This document shows, piece after piece, positions 20,466 to 29,732 of a stretch of DNA of 64,000 nt; the first letter of the stretch is position 1; every line of letters starts with the position of its first letter. The stretch spans positions 576,001-640,000 of the forward strand of contig CAWDFP010000006.1 of the NCBI GenBank assembly GCA_963801605.1, in the 5' to 3' direction. The position numbers and the translations under genes are program-made. The notes beneath the pieces are model-generated. The model was not told the origin of the DNA and did not search any database. It saw only the letters and a program-made list of their open reading frames with translations. The stretch comes from an uncultured candidate division Zixibacteria bacterium. GTDB lineage: Bacteria > Zixibacteria > MSB-5A5 > UBA10806.

Positions 20466-20882
20466 ATGACCATGTTGAGATGCGGCGGTCTGATAGTTAT
20501 ACTCATGTCTTTAATGCTACTTGGAACTGTGGCGCAAGCGCAAGTGGTGCTCGGTACTGCTTGTGAACCGTACGGGTCTGTCACAGTTGAGGGGCAGCCG
20601 GCTGCGAATAATCTCGTTGTGATTGCTTATGTGGGCGAGATCGAGTTGGCGCGCACGCATACGGTCAACGGTCTTTACTCGCTTTATATCCCCAAGGATG
20701 ATGAAGCAACTCCGCAGCGCGATGGTTACGTGGCTGGCGATATCCTGACGATTCGTATCAACGGAAATCCGTCGTTGCCATCGTTTGAGGCGTTCGCCGG
20801 ACGGCAACGTCGCGATCTGGAGATTAGCACGCTGGCGATTCGTCTGGAAACCTGGGGCCGCATCAAAGCACTGTTTAAGTAA
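20466..20882 (+). CDS. Secreted hypothetical protein with C-terminal TWGRIKALFK tail
   Basis: Signal peptide ending AQA; beta-rich body; terminal TWGxIK motif. Confidence 0.7.
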   Translation: MTMLRCGGLIVILMSLMLLGTVAQAQVVLGTACEPYGSVTVEGQPAANNLVVIAYVGEIELARTHTVNGLYSLYIPKDDEATPQRDGYVAGDILTIRINGNPSLPSFEAFAGRQRRDLEISTLAIRLETWGRIKALFK

Positions 20883-20906
20883 CAAATTGAACATATCGAA
20901 ATTTTA

Positions 20907-20938
20907 ACCGAGGTCTCTTTCAGGCCCCGGTTTTTTTA
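20907..20938 (+). terminator. Intrinsic terminator
   Basis: ACCGAGGTCT/AGGCCCCGGT stem followed by a T run. Confidence 0.6.
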
Positions 20939-21158
20939 TGTCTGGAGAAAAAATCATGAAGTGTCCTACTGGAAGAAGCACCATCTTTCCCTGCAAAACT
21001 CCTTGCCATTTGGGGCAAAATCAATTACAAATACTGTATAAGAAGTAGGTAGTCAGGGATGTCCCCGAATATCTGGCCGGGTGAGGTATCCCCATAAGGC
21101 TATCTATTGGAGATCGAATCTTTTCATCTGAAAATAACGTAGATACAGGAGGAAGCTA

Positions 21159-21497
21159 ATGAAGCTCACCAGCCGCGAGGAAAAAGGCGTTGAAATTCTG
21201 GAGCCAAAGGGAAAGATCATGGGAGGGCCGGACGCCACTATGCTGCACGACTATCTCCATGAACTTATCAACCAGAACAAGAAGAAAGTCGTAATTGATC
21301 TTTCAAAAGTGGAATGGATGAACTCGACCGGACTTGGGATTCTGATTTCCGGCCTGACCACGCTGCGCAATAACGGCGGCGAACTGAAACTGGCCCAAAT
21401 CACCGACAAGATCGAGTCGCTTCTGACCATTACCAAGCTCATCACGGTTTTCGAAAACTACGACACGGTTGAGGAAGCGGTGACAAGCTTTCAATGA
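21159..21497 (+). CDS. Anti-sigma factor antagonist (STAS domain, RsbV/SpoIIAA-like)
   Basis: VVIDLSKVEWMNSTGLGILI with the phosphoacceptor Ser; RBS GGAGG. Confidence 0.92.
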   Translation: MKLTSREEKGVEILEPKGKIMGGPDATMLHDYLHELINQNKKKVVIDLSKVEWMNSTGLGILISGLTTLRNNGGELKLAQITDKIESLLTITKLITVFENYDTVEEAVTSFQ

Positions 21498-21583
21498 TCT
21501 GCCGGAGAGTTTTTTGCGGTGCTCTTAATTAACAGGTGGGTCGATCAAGTCCCACCTTTTTTAAAACCATCACAACGGAGAAG

Positions 21584-22006
21584 ATGATGGGACAAAATAA
21601 CGGCGATGACATTACGATTCCCAGTTCGCCCGACCATATTTCAGCGGTCGATGAATTTATCGAAAGTTGGCTCAGGCAACGCGGAGTGCCGGAAGACACT
21701 ATCGCGGACCTCGCCATTGCGATAACGGAGCTTGTCAATAACGCCATCAAGCATGGCAATAAATACGATCACAAAAAGAAAATCAGAGTTGGGCTCCGTT
21801 TTGAAAACGACCAGGCGCAGGCCACTGTCAGCGATGAGGGGACAGGATTCGATCCTGAATCGATTCCCAACCCCATAGCCGAAGAAAATCTGCTAAAAGA
21901 GATTGGCCGTGGAATATTCATCGTAAAATCACTGATGGACAAGGTCGAATTCGCCTTTCCCGCATCGGGCGGAACAACAATCACAATTACCAAAAAAATC
22001 GCTTAA
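21584..22006 (+). CDS. Anti-sigma factor Ser kinase (RsbW-like HATPase)
   Basis: ELVNNAIKHG, VSDEGTGFD, GRGIFIVKSLMD. Confidence 0.9.
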   Translation: MMGQNNGDDITIPSSPDHISAVDEFIESWLRQRGVPEDTIADLAIAITELVNNAIKHGNKYDHKKKIRVGLRFENDQAQATVSDEGTGFDPESIPNPIAEENLLKEIGRGIFIVKSLMDKVEFAFPASGGTTITITKKIA

Positions 22007-22018
22007 TTTCGGGATATA

Positions 22019-24244
22019 TTGGTTTTGAATGTAGGGCAACTTATATCTTTGATATACCTGGCATCGGGACTCATCCTGTTCATGCTGGCAATAGTAATTT
22101 TGCGCGAAAACAAGGGCAACAGACTCAATCGCGTGGTTTCGATGATGCTCTTTTTCGCGGGAGTTGCCCCCTTCGCGGCCGCCATCTACAAATCGGTATT
22201 AGAGCCGATAGCCAACTTGCCGCCCTGGGTTGTCACCTCATTCTATATCTGGGAGTTTTTCTTCCCGGCGCTGCTTTATTTTTCAGCGGTGTTTCCCGAA
22301 CCGCAACCGGTATACCTGCGCCATAAACGGCTGCTGCAACTGGCGTTTCTGCCGCACGTATTTCATCTGCTATTGGTTCTGCTTTTATCCGATCCCGACA
22401 AGATTGTCAGCCTCTTAAGCATTCAATCGACCCTGCCAATAATCGGGCAGCTATTCCAACTGTTTAATGCCATTCTCAGGATGATCGCCGCTTTTCTCGG
22501 ATTTTTACTTCTGATTCACAAGCGCTTTTTCTCACTGGTCAATCTGATTTATGTCAGTGCCGCCCTGTACTATATGCACCTGGGATTTAAGCGTATCGAA
22601 AACCCTCGTCTCAAACAGCAGGTCAGGCTGGTTATCAACGGCATCTGGGTGGCGATGGGGCTTTACGTTGTGGGATTTCTCGTTCCGGAGATTCTCTCAT
22701 TCAAGTTTCCGTCATCGCTGCGTGATATCATGCTGGTGGCCACGCTTCTGGTGGGGCCGGGCACGATCGCCTGGGCGATTGTGCGTTACCAGTTCCTCGA
22801 TATCGGCCTTCTGGCTCGACGCTCGCTGGTCTACTCGATCACCACGACGGTCGTAGTTGGCGGCTATCTGCTGGTGGTTATTCAGTCCGGGACGATCATT
22901 CGCAGCATAATCGGACAGGAATCGCAGATTTTAAGCGCGCTCATGGTAATTGTGCTGCTGCTTTTCTTCCAACCGATTTATAACCAGGTCGACGATTTCG
23001 TTCGCAAGATATTTATCCGCACCAAAGCCGATTTGAGCCAGCTTATCGAGAATTTCTCACGCGAAATTTTAGCGATATTCCAGGCCGATAAGTTGGCCGC
23101 CACGATCTCAGATACCCTGCGCCGCGAGATGTTTATCGAAAAGGTCGAGATCTGTTTCACCGATGCCGGTGGACGTTTTGGATTAGCTCTTCCCGCGGAT
23201 ACCTGCAAGGCGTTCGATATCGAGCCTGAGATTTCCGCTATCCTTCTCGCCAAACGCGCTCCTACGTTTACCGAGGAGTTTGCCTCTAAAGCGCAGACGG
23301 GACATATCGGCGCGGAGATGATGGCGCACGGATTTGTGCTGGTGGTACCGTTGGTCAGGCAGGATAGGCTGGCCGGTCTCCTGATGCTGTCCGCCAAGGT
23401 GGCGGGGTTCCGCTATAGCTCCGAGGACCTGACGTTCCTGACGATTCTGGCCAATCAGATTTTGGTGGCGATGGAAAACGCCGAACTGTATGCCGAGGCT
23501 TTGGAAAAACAGCGCATGGAGGAGGAGCTGACGCTTGCCAAGCAGATCCAAACCGGCCTGTTGCCAAAGAAGCTTCCGGCGCTCAAATCGTTTGATTTTG
23601 CGGCCTATATTGAACCATCACGGCAGGTGGGCGGCGACTTCTATGATTTCATCCCGATCCGCGATGGCAGGCTGGGGATTGTGATCGCCGACGCCTCCGG
23701 TAAGGGTGTGCCCGCGGCGCTACTGATCGCCAGGATGCAGGTGGTGTTCCAGACCGAAGCCCGGCTGGGCAAGGGCGTGCATGAGATTATGACCTCGGTT
23801 AACCGCTTCATCAGCGAATCGACCAGCCCGGACCGCTTTGCCACCTGTTTCTATGCCGAGCTCGATGAGCATACCTGCAAGCTGCACTACTGCAACGCCG
23901 GGCATAATTACCCGCTGGTCGTCTCAAGCGGCGGGGAGGTGGTATCGCTGATTAAGGGCGGGCTGCTTTTGGGGGCGTTTGGCGATTCCGCTTATGAATC
24001 GGCGGTGGTGGAGCTTTGCCCGGGCGATACGCTGATACTCTACACCGACGGTATGACCGAGATGATGGATAGCGCCGAGCGCGAATATGGTGAGGCGCGA
24101 TTGATCGAGCAGGCTCGTTTGCTTCGGAAAGAACCGGTGGATACGATTTGCGCGGGGCTAATTGAGGCGGTCAAGCAGTACGCCTCCGGCCCCAACGAGA
24201 TCGACGACATGACGCTGGTGGTGATGAAGGCGAGGGAGTTGTGA
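22019..24244 (+). CDS. Multi-TM sensor + GAF + PP2C/SpoIIE phosphatase (RsbU-like)
   Basis: About 9 hydrophobic segments; GAF end LANQILVAMENAELY; VGGDFYD, IADASGKG, NAGHNYP, YTDG, DDMT. Confidence 0.9.
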   Translation: MVLNVGQLISLIYLASGLILFMLAIVILRENKGNRLNRVVSMMLFFAGVAPFAAAIYKSVLEPIANLPPWVVTSFYIWEFFFPALLYFSAVFPEPQPVYLRHKRLLQLAFLPHVFHLLLVLLLSDPDKIVSLLSIQSTLPIIGQLFQLFNAILRMIAAFLGFLLLIHKRFFSLVNLIYVSAALYYMHLGFKRIENPRLKQQVRLVINGIWVAMGLYVVGFLVPEILSFKFPSSLRDIMLVATLLVGPGTIAWAIVRYQFLDIGLLARRSLVYSITTTVVVGGYLLVVIQSGTIIRSIIGQESQILSALMVIVLLLFFQPIYNQVDDFVRKIFIRTKADLSQLIENFSREILAIFQADKLAATISDTLRREMFIEKVEICFTDAGGRFGLALPADTCKAFDIEPEISAILLAKRAPTFTEEFASKAQTGHIGAEMMAHGFVLVVPLVRQDRLAGLLMLSAKVAGFRYSSEDLTFLTILANQILVAMENAELYAEALEKQRMEEELTLAKQIQTGLLPKKLPALKSFDFAAYIEPSRQVGGDFYDFIPIRDGRLGIVIADASGKGVPAALLIARMQVVFQTEARLGKGVHEIMTSVNRFISESTSPDRFATCFYAELDEHTCKLHYCNAGHNYPLVVSSGGEVVSLIKGGLLLGAFGDSAYESAVVELCPGDTLILYTDGMTEMMDSAEREYGEARLIEQARLLRKEPVDTICAGLIEAVKQYASGPNEIDDMTLVVMKAREL

Positions 24245-24277
24245 GTTATGCGTTGTGAGATATGAGTTGCGGGTTGC

Positions 24278-24302
24278 GTAGGGGCGGACCAATATGTCCG
24301 CC
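24278..24302 (+). repeat. GTAG-type REP element
   Basis: GTAG followed by GGCGGAC-CAATAT-GTCCGCC palindrome. Confidence 0.6.
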
Positions 24303-24361
24303 AGATAGATGATTTGCGGGTTAAAACCCCTGTAGTTTTGACAATATGATGGCACCAATAT

Positions 24362-24859
24362 ATGCTGGAAATAGATCTTAAATTAACTCTGACGCTTTTA
24401 TGGGCATCGCTTATTGGCCTATGGATTTTTGGTCTATTTCCAAAGGTAACTAAACAAACGAAAGAGCTTGTGTATAATGAAATGAAGGAGAGCAAATTCT
24501 TTTGGGTAAGACTTTACGCTCCTCTATATCGTAAAGAGCCAATTTTTATATATAGATTTGTAGTTTTAATATTTGGGCTTAATGCCCTGCTATCTATTTA
24601 TGTTCTTACTATGGCAAAGATAACAATTGAATATAGAATATTTTGGGGATTTCTTCTGTTATTACTAAATTTGGCTTTTCAAATAGCAGCAATAAGATTG
24701 TTTAGGATTGTATCAGGCCGAAATTCGGATAGATTTAAGCGAATCTGGGTCGGACCCAATTATATATTGTTCAAAGAGATTTCTAATTATTATTATTATT
24801 TTATAATGACTGTAATGATATGTTTACATTTAATAATGATGATGAGAATTTTAATGTGA
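24362..24859 (+). CDS. AT-rich hypothetical membrane protein
   Basis: 165-aa ORF with about 4 hydrophobic segments; much more AT-rich than its neighbours. Confidence 0.55.
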   Translation: MLEIDLKLTLTLLWASLIGLWIFGLFPKVTKQTKELVYNEMKESKFFWVRLYAPLYRKEPIFIYRFVVLIFGLNALLSIYVLTMAKITIEYRIFWGFLLLLLNLAFQIAAIRLFRIVSGRNSDRFKRIWVGPNYILFKEISNYYYYFIMTVMICLHLIMMMRILM

Positions 24860-25002
24860 ACCCCTCGTCCCCAGCGGGGCGGGCAAGGGCGAGATTGACA
24901 AAGCGGGCTTGACGCGATAAAGTAGGGGTAGAACAGCATGCCGCCCGGCGGGGCAGCAGGGCGCGCGGGGATGGCGGAATTGGTTGCCAAAGCATACAAT
25001 AA

Positions 25003-25927
25003 ATGGATAATACTTTAAGCAAACGCAGAAAAATCTGGCTGGCGGTTTTGTTACATTTTGTTCAGCCGGGTTTTGGACATTATTATAACGGGCGACTTAG
25101 AAGAGGAATAATCCTTTTCTTCGTTTATGAAATATTATCCTCTATTTTAGGACTGATAGCCATTTTTTATGAGAGCATATTTTTGTTTGATTTATCATTA
25201 TTAATATCGTTTTGCATTTGGATATATTTTTTAATAGACGCCATAATAATTACTAGAAAAAATAATAAAATTGGCTATCAGTCAAAGAGATATAATAACC
25301 ATTGGTATATGTATCTTATTGTTAGCATAGGAATTCTGCTTTATTTCGAAATTGCCGACAAAAATAATACTTCTCACATATATGATATCGTGAAGACGGG
25401 TAAGCATTCAATGGAAAATACTATACTTGAAGGCGATATAATATTTATTAAGAAATTCTCTTTGGATAAAATTAGGAATGGTGATATTGTAGAAATCAAT
25501 TCCCCCATCAAACCCTTAACAAAATATATTAAGCGATGTATCGCTGTTGGGGGCCAGACGGTCGAAATAAAAAATAGGGATGTATATGTAGACGGGCAGC
25601 TATGGATCTTTGCCCTCAACAGGTAAATCAATGGATTCAACAATAGTTTATGGTGATTCAGCGATAGAATCTCTTTTGACTCAAAAAAATAATATATCCC
25701 CAATTGTCATACCAAATAATTGCATTTTTGTTATGGGCGACAACCGCGATAATTCCCTCGATTCCCGGCGTTTCGGGCCGGTTTTCCGTAATGAAATTAC
25801 GGGCAAAGCGCTATTTGTTCTTTTTTCCACTGGAGAAAAACCGGATTATGATGCTAACATAATAACTCGAGCTATTGCGGCTTTTTTAAATATAAGGTGG
25901 AATAGGATTGGGCTTAAATTACGATAG
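25003..25927 (+). CDS. lepB: Signal peptidase I (S26) with extra N-terminal TM segments; frameshift near 25605
   Basis: PGFGHYYNG; SMENTILEGD (Ser), YIKRCIAVGG (Lys), FVMGDNRDNSLDSR.FG split over ORFs 25003-25626 and 25610-25927. Confidence 0.8.
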
Positions 25928-25980
25928 TTTTGTCGCAACTCAAGGATGTCGCTTGCGCATCCATCCTGACGCATACGGGC

Positions 25981-26140
25981 GGGGCGGGCCCGCCCCATTT
26001 TCTCATTGTCATATCTTACAAAATCGTTATAATTGATATGTAAGGCGTGGATGGCGTACGTCCTCGTGCGCCATCATTATACCCGTGCGGTCAGGCCTCC
26101 GTACCTGACCGCTTAAGTTGTCGGGTGCGGAGACCCGACA
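25981..26140. repeat. Cluster of GC-rich palindromes (REP-like)
   Basis: GGGGCGGGCCCGCCCC (25981-25996), GATGGCGTACG/CGTGCGCCATC, GCGGTCAGG/CCTGACCGC, TGTCGGGT/ACCCGACA. Confidence 0.6.
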
Positions 26141-26162
26141 CCACAGGAAACAGGAGAAACCA

Positions 26163-26510
26163 ATGCGAGAGCTAACACCGGATATCATCAAAACCCTGAC
26201 CCCCGACCAGATCGAGCTGCTTATCGAGCTTGGCGATCTGGCGCGCAAAGAAGAAGACCTGACCTCACAAATCGATAATATCAGACGGCAAGAGGAGAAA
26301 GTTGGCCTGGCCCGCAACAACCACCTCAACCGCGCTGTACATGAGGATTCATCATTTGTCGACCTCATCTCGGTCCGTTTCGTGCGCGAGCGGAGTATCA
26401 TTCGCGAGCAAATTTCTGGCATCCTGCGCTCGCTCGTTCATGAGGGCTTAAGCGATCTGGGTATCGTGGCCCGTCAGGCCGCCAACTACGGGATAAAGAT
26501 AGCGGGCTGA
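26163..26510 (+). CDS. Hypothetical helical/coiled-coil protein
   Basis: RBS AGGAG before ATG 26163; charged helical sequence. Confidence 0.6.
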   Translation: MRELTPDIIKTLTPDQIELLIELGDLARKEEDLTSQIDNIRRQEEKVGLARNNHLNRAVHEDSSFVDLISVRFVRERSIIREQISGILRSLVHEGLSDLGIVARQAANYGIKIAG

Positions 26511-26520
26511 GGATACAAAG

Positions 26521-26611
26521 TTCCGTCAGGTCTTAGACCGCAAAGCGGGCGTGACCTGACGGAATAACCTGCTTTATGCGGCAGGTCTCGGAAGACCTAA
26601 GACCTGCCGCA
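26521..26611. repeat. Pair of CAGGTC/GACCTG REP-like palindromes
   Basis: TTCCGTCAGGTC/GACCTGACGGAA and TGCGGCAGGTCT/AGACCTGCCGCA. Confidence 0.65.
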
Positions 26612-26728
26612 ACCCTATAATATCAAAAAAACAAAACAATTTTTCAAAATCTCATAATACACTTGAAATTTGAACCTCGTTAAATTATCATTCACTTTCG
26701 ATTGAACGGAATTATTTGAGGAGAAAAA

Positions 26729-27280
26729 ATGCAGATCGTTCCTAAAAGACTTTTTTTGACAAAAGGCGTCGGCAGACACAAAGAACACCTTTCCAGCTTT
26801 GAGTTGGCCCTGCGCTCGGCAAATATCGCGGAATACAACCTGGTTCATGTCTCCAGCATTTTTCCTCCGGTATGTAAGGTGATTTCCAAAACTCAGGGCG
26901 TGCAGTATCTTGCCCCTGGCCAGATCGTACATTGCGTCATGTCGCGCAACTCGACCAACGAGCCCAACCGTCTGATCTCGGCCTCGGTGGGGCTGGCTAT
27001 CCCGCAGGATAGACGTCAATACGGCTATCTCTCCGAACATGCGGCTTTCGGCCAGAACGAAAAGATCTCCGGCGATTACGCCGAAGACCTGGCCGCCACC
27101 ATGCTGTCATCGACACTGGGCATCGATCTCGATATTGATAAGTCGTTCGACGAGAAAAAGGAAATCTGGAAAATCTCGGGCAAGATTTTCCGCACCACCA
27201 ATATTACCCAGTCGTCCGCCGGCGACAAGCGCGGTCTCTGGACTACGGTAGTCGCCGCCGCCATCTTCATTACCGATTAG
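26729..27280 (+). CDS. pdaD: Pyruvoyl-dependent arginine decarboxylase
   Basis: FLTKGVG.H...LSSFELALR.A.IA.YNLV.VSSI, YGYLSEH, YAEDLAATML. Confidence 0.92.
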   Translation: MQIVPKRLFLTKGVGRHKEHLSSFELALRSANIAEYNLVHVSSIFPPVCKVISKTQGVQYLAPGQIVHCVMSRNSTNEPNRLISASVGLAIPQDRRQYGYLSEHAAFGQNEKISGDYAEDLAATMLSSTLGIDLDIDKSFDEKKEIWKISGKIFRTTNITQSSAGDKRGLWTTVVAAAIFITD

Positions 27281-27310
27281 GGGTGACCGCCCTCAGCGGA
27301 GGGCGAAGCA

Positions 27311-28036
27311 ATGTCTAATATCTATGGTGATTTTTCCCGTTATTATGATCTTTTGGGGTGGGGCGTTTTCGCCAGAAATGCGGCCTCACGCTTAGAGGCT
27401 TTCTTCAGGCTCCGTGGAGAAAAGCCCGAAACGATCCTCGATTTAGCCTGTGGAACCGGCGAGCTTGAAAAGAAACTCTCGCGCCACGGCATCAAATTTA
27501 CCGGAGTCGATATTTCGCCGGGGATGATTAAGGCCGCCCGGGATAAGTTTTCGGAGGGGAAATTTATCCTGGGCGATGCCGCGAATGTGCGCCTGGGCAG
27601 GAAATTCGACATGGTTCTGCTCCTGTTTGACTCCGCCAACCACATGAAATCATTAAGCCATCTAAAGGCGGTCATTAAAAATGCCCGGCGGCATCTCAAG
27701 CCCGGCGGATTTTTCATATTCGATTTTTTGACCGAACGGGGCCTGGAAGAGTGGGAGCAGATAAATATCCATCGCACCAAAAAGTACACGCTTTTCTGGT
27801 ACGGCCATTGCTATCCTGAAAAGGGTCTGGCGGACATTTTTATTGAGGCCTTTATTAAGGATTCCAGGGGGAATAATTATCATCGGGTTTTTCAAAAAAT
27901 CGTTGAGAAAACTTATCCGGCAAGCGATATTATCGATGGCCTGACAAAGAATGGATTCGAAAGGATAATGGCCAGCCCTTATGATCTCGATGAGAAAATC
28001 GAGGAGGCCGGGCGGCTCTGGTTTGTGTGTAGCTGA
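27311..28036 (+). CDS. Class I SAM-dependent methyltransferase
   Basis: YYD, ILDLACGTG, GVDISPGMI, HLKPGGFFIFD. Confidence 0.9.
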   Translation: MSNIYGDFSRYYDLLGWGVFARNAASRLEAFFRLRGEKPETILDLACGTGELEKKLSRHGIKFTGVDISPGMIKAARDKFSEGKFILGDAANVRLGRKFDMVLLLFDSANHMKSLSHLKAVIKNARRHLKPGGFFIFDFLTERGLEEWEQINIHRTKKYTLFWYGHCYPEKGLADIFIEAFIKDSRGNNYHRVFQKIVEKTYPASDIIDGLTKNGFERIMASPYDLDEKIEEAGRLWFVCS

Positions 28037-28914
28037 TGAAACCTAAAAATTTATATCCCTGGGGATTTCTGGCGCTTCCCGAAAAGCTGTCGCGTTACGA
28101 GACCGCCAAGGCGGTTGTACTTCCCATACCCTATGATGCTACGGTTAGCTATGGCGCCGGAACACGCAACGGGCCATCGGCGATGATAGCGGCCTCGCGT
28201 CAGTCGGAGACATACGATCCCGAATTTGGAGGCGATCCCTCTACTGTCGGAATAGCCACCTTAGGCGAGCTTGAGCAAGTCGCCAGCGGCCCGGCGGAAA
28301 TGATGAATCGGGTTGAATCGACCGCCAAACAGATATTACGAGACGGCAAGTTTCTGATGTCATTAGGCGGTGAGCATTCCATATCATACGGATTGATAAA
28401 GGCCCACAAGAAGAAATATTCGGACCTGACAGTATTGCATTTTGACGCTCACACAGATTTGCGTACCGAGTACCAGGGATCGCCCTATTCTCACGCTTCG
28501 ATCATGTCGCATGTCTGGGAGCTTTGTGATTTTGTTTCGGTGGGGATACGATCATTTTGTGGCTCCGATGTTGAAAAACGAGCCGACTCGGAAGGCCGTC
28601 TAATTCGGCCTACTGATCTTCGCAAAAACTGCGATTTTACATCAATAATACTTTCAATGCTAAGCGATCATGTTTATATTACTTTCGATCTCGATGGCTT
28701 TGATCCGGCAGTGATGCCGTCGGTGGGGACTCCCGAGCCGGGCGGTCTCCTCTGGGATGAGACCCTCGCCTTGATTCGGGCGACGGGAGAATCAAAGCAG
28801 ATTGTAGGCGCGGACGTAGTGGAGCTGGCTCCAATTTCGGGCCTGCTTTATCCCGATTTTGCAGCAGCGCGATTGGCATATAAGATTATCAGCAACGCAC
28901 TATGGAGTAAGTGA
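28036..28914 (+). CDS. speB: Agmatinase
   Basis: GGEHS, HFDAHTD, DLDGFDP, GTPEPGG; same operon as arginine decarboxylase. Confidence 0.93.
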   Translation: MKPKNLYPWGFLALPEKLSRYETAKAVVLPIPYDATVSYGAGTRNGPSAMIAASRQSETYDPEFGGDPSTVGIATLGELEQVASGPAEMMNRVESTAKQILRDGKFLMSLGGEHSISYGLIKAHKKKYSDLTVLHFDAHTDLRTEYQGSPYSHASIMSHVWELCDFVSVGIRSFCGSDVEKRADSEGRLIRPTDLRKNCDFTSIILSMLSDHVYITFDLDGFDPAVMPSVGTPEPGGLLWDETLALIRATGESKQIVGADVVELAPISGLLYPDFAAARLAYKIISNALWSK

Positions 28915-29651
28915 TGGAATGGTGGCAGAAATATTTCAGCGAAGATTATCTCAAGCTTTACAAGCATGATGAGAGCGAAACCTCGCGCGAAACCGAGGCT
29001 ATCATGCGGATGCTTCAAATCGAGCCCGGCGACAGCGTCCTGGATCTCGCCTGTGGCTTTGGCCGTCACGCCATATTGCTCGCCCAAAAGGGACTTCATG
29101 TCACCGGATATGATCTTTCGGAGGGTTTTCTGAAAAAGGCAAAAGAACTGGCGGATAAAGTCTCGGTCAAGCTTGAGCTAAAACAGGGCGATATGAGAGA
29201 TATTCCCTACGAAAATAAATTTGACGTCTGCATTAATATGTTTACCGCCTTCGGGTTTTTCGAAAACGAAAAGGACGATCTTAAAGTTCTAAAAGGCGTG
29301 CGAAAAGCCCTTAAGCCGGGCGGGCAGCTTTTAATCGATGTTATCAATCGTGAGACTGCCCTAAGGATAGATGTCCCTCGGCGCTGGACGCGTGAAAACC
29401 ATTCCTACATGCTCGAGGAGAGATTTTTTGATCTCTTCCGCTCCCGTCTTGAGATGACTAACCAGCTTATCGTGCATACCGGCGAGATAAAGGAAGCTAA
29501 TTATTCGGTCCGGCTTTATACTCTTACCGAAATGCTTGGGCTTTTCAACGCCGCCGGCCTGGTTTTAACTGATGTTTACGGTGATTTCAATGGCGAATTA
29601 TACAGCGCGGAATCGCCTCGAATGATCCTGGTAGCGCAAAAGGAACAATAG
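28911..29651 (+). CDS. Class I SAM-dependent methyltransferase
   Basis: VLDLACGFGRH, GDMRDIP, MFTAFGFF, LKPGGQLLID. Confidence 0.9.
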   Translation: MMEWWQKYFSEDYLKLYKHDESETSRETEAIMRMLQIEPGDSVLDLACGFGRHAILLAQKGLHVTGYDLSEGFLKKAKELADKVSVKLELKQGDMRDIPYENKFDVCINMFTAFGFFENEKDDLKVLKGVRKALKPGGQLLIDVINRETALRIDVPRRWTRENHSYMLEERFFDLFRSRLEMTNQLIVHTGEIKEANYSVRLYTLTEMLGLFNAAGLVLTDVYGDFNGELYSAESPRMILVAQKEQ

Positions 29652-29732
29652 GCGGCAAAGATTGATTAAGAAAAACGTGGTTCCCTGACCCCCACTCGAT
29701 TTTGGAGCGTGGGGTTTTAGTGTTTTGTAAAA

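Noticed and set aside
24855..24990. Integron attC site
   Set aside because: The ends do not fit RYYYAAC/GTTRRRY and no integrase is present.
25981..26611. CRISPR array
   Set aside because: The palindromes are not identical or regularly spaced, and there are no cas genes.
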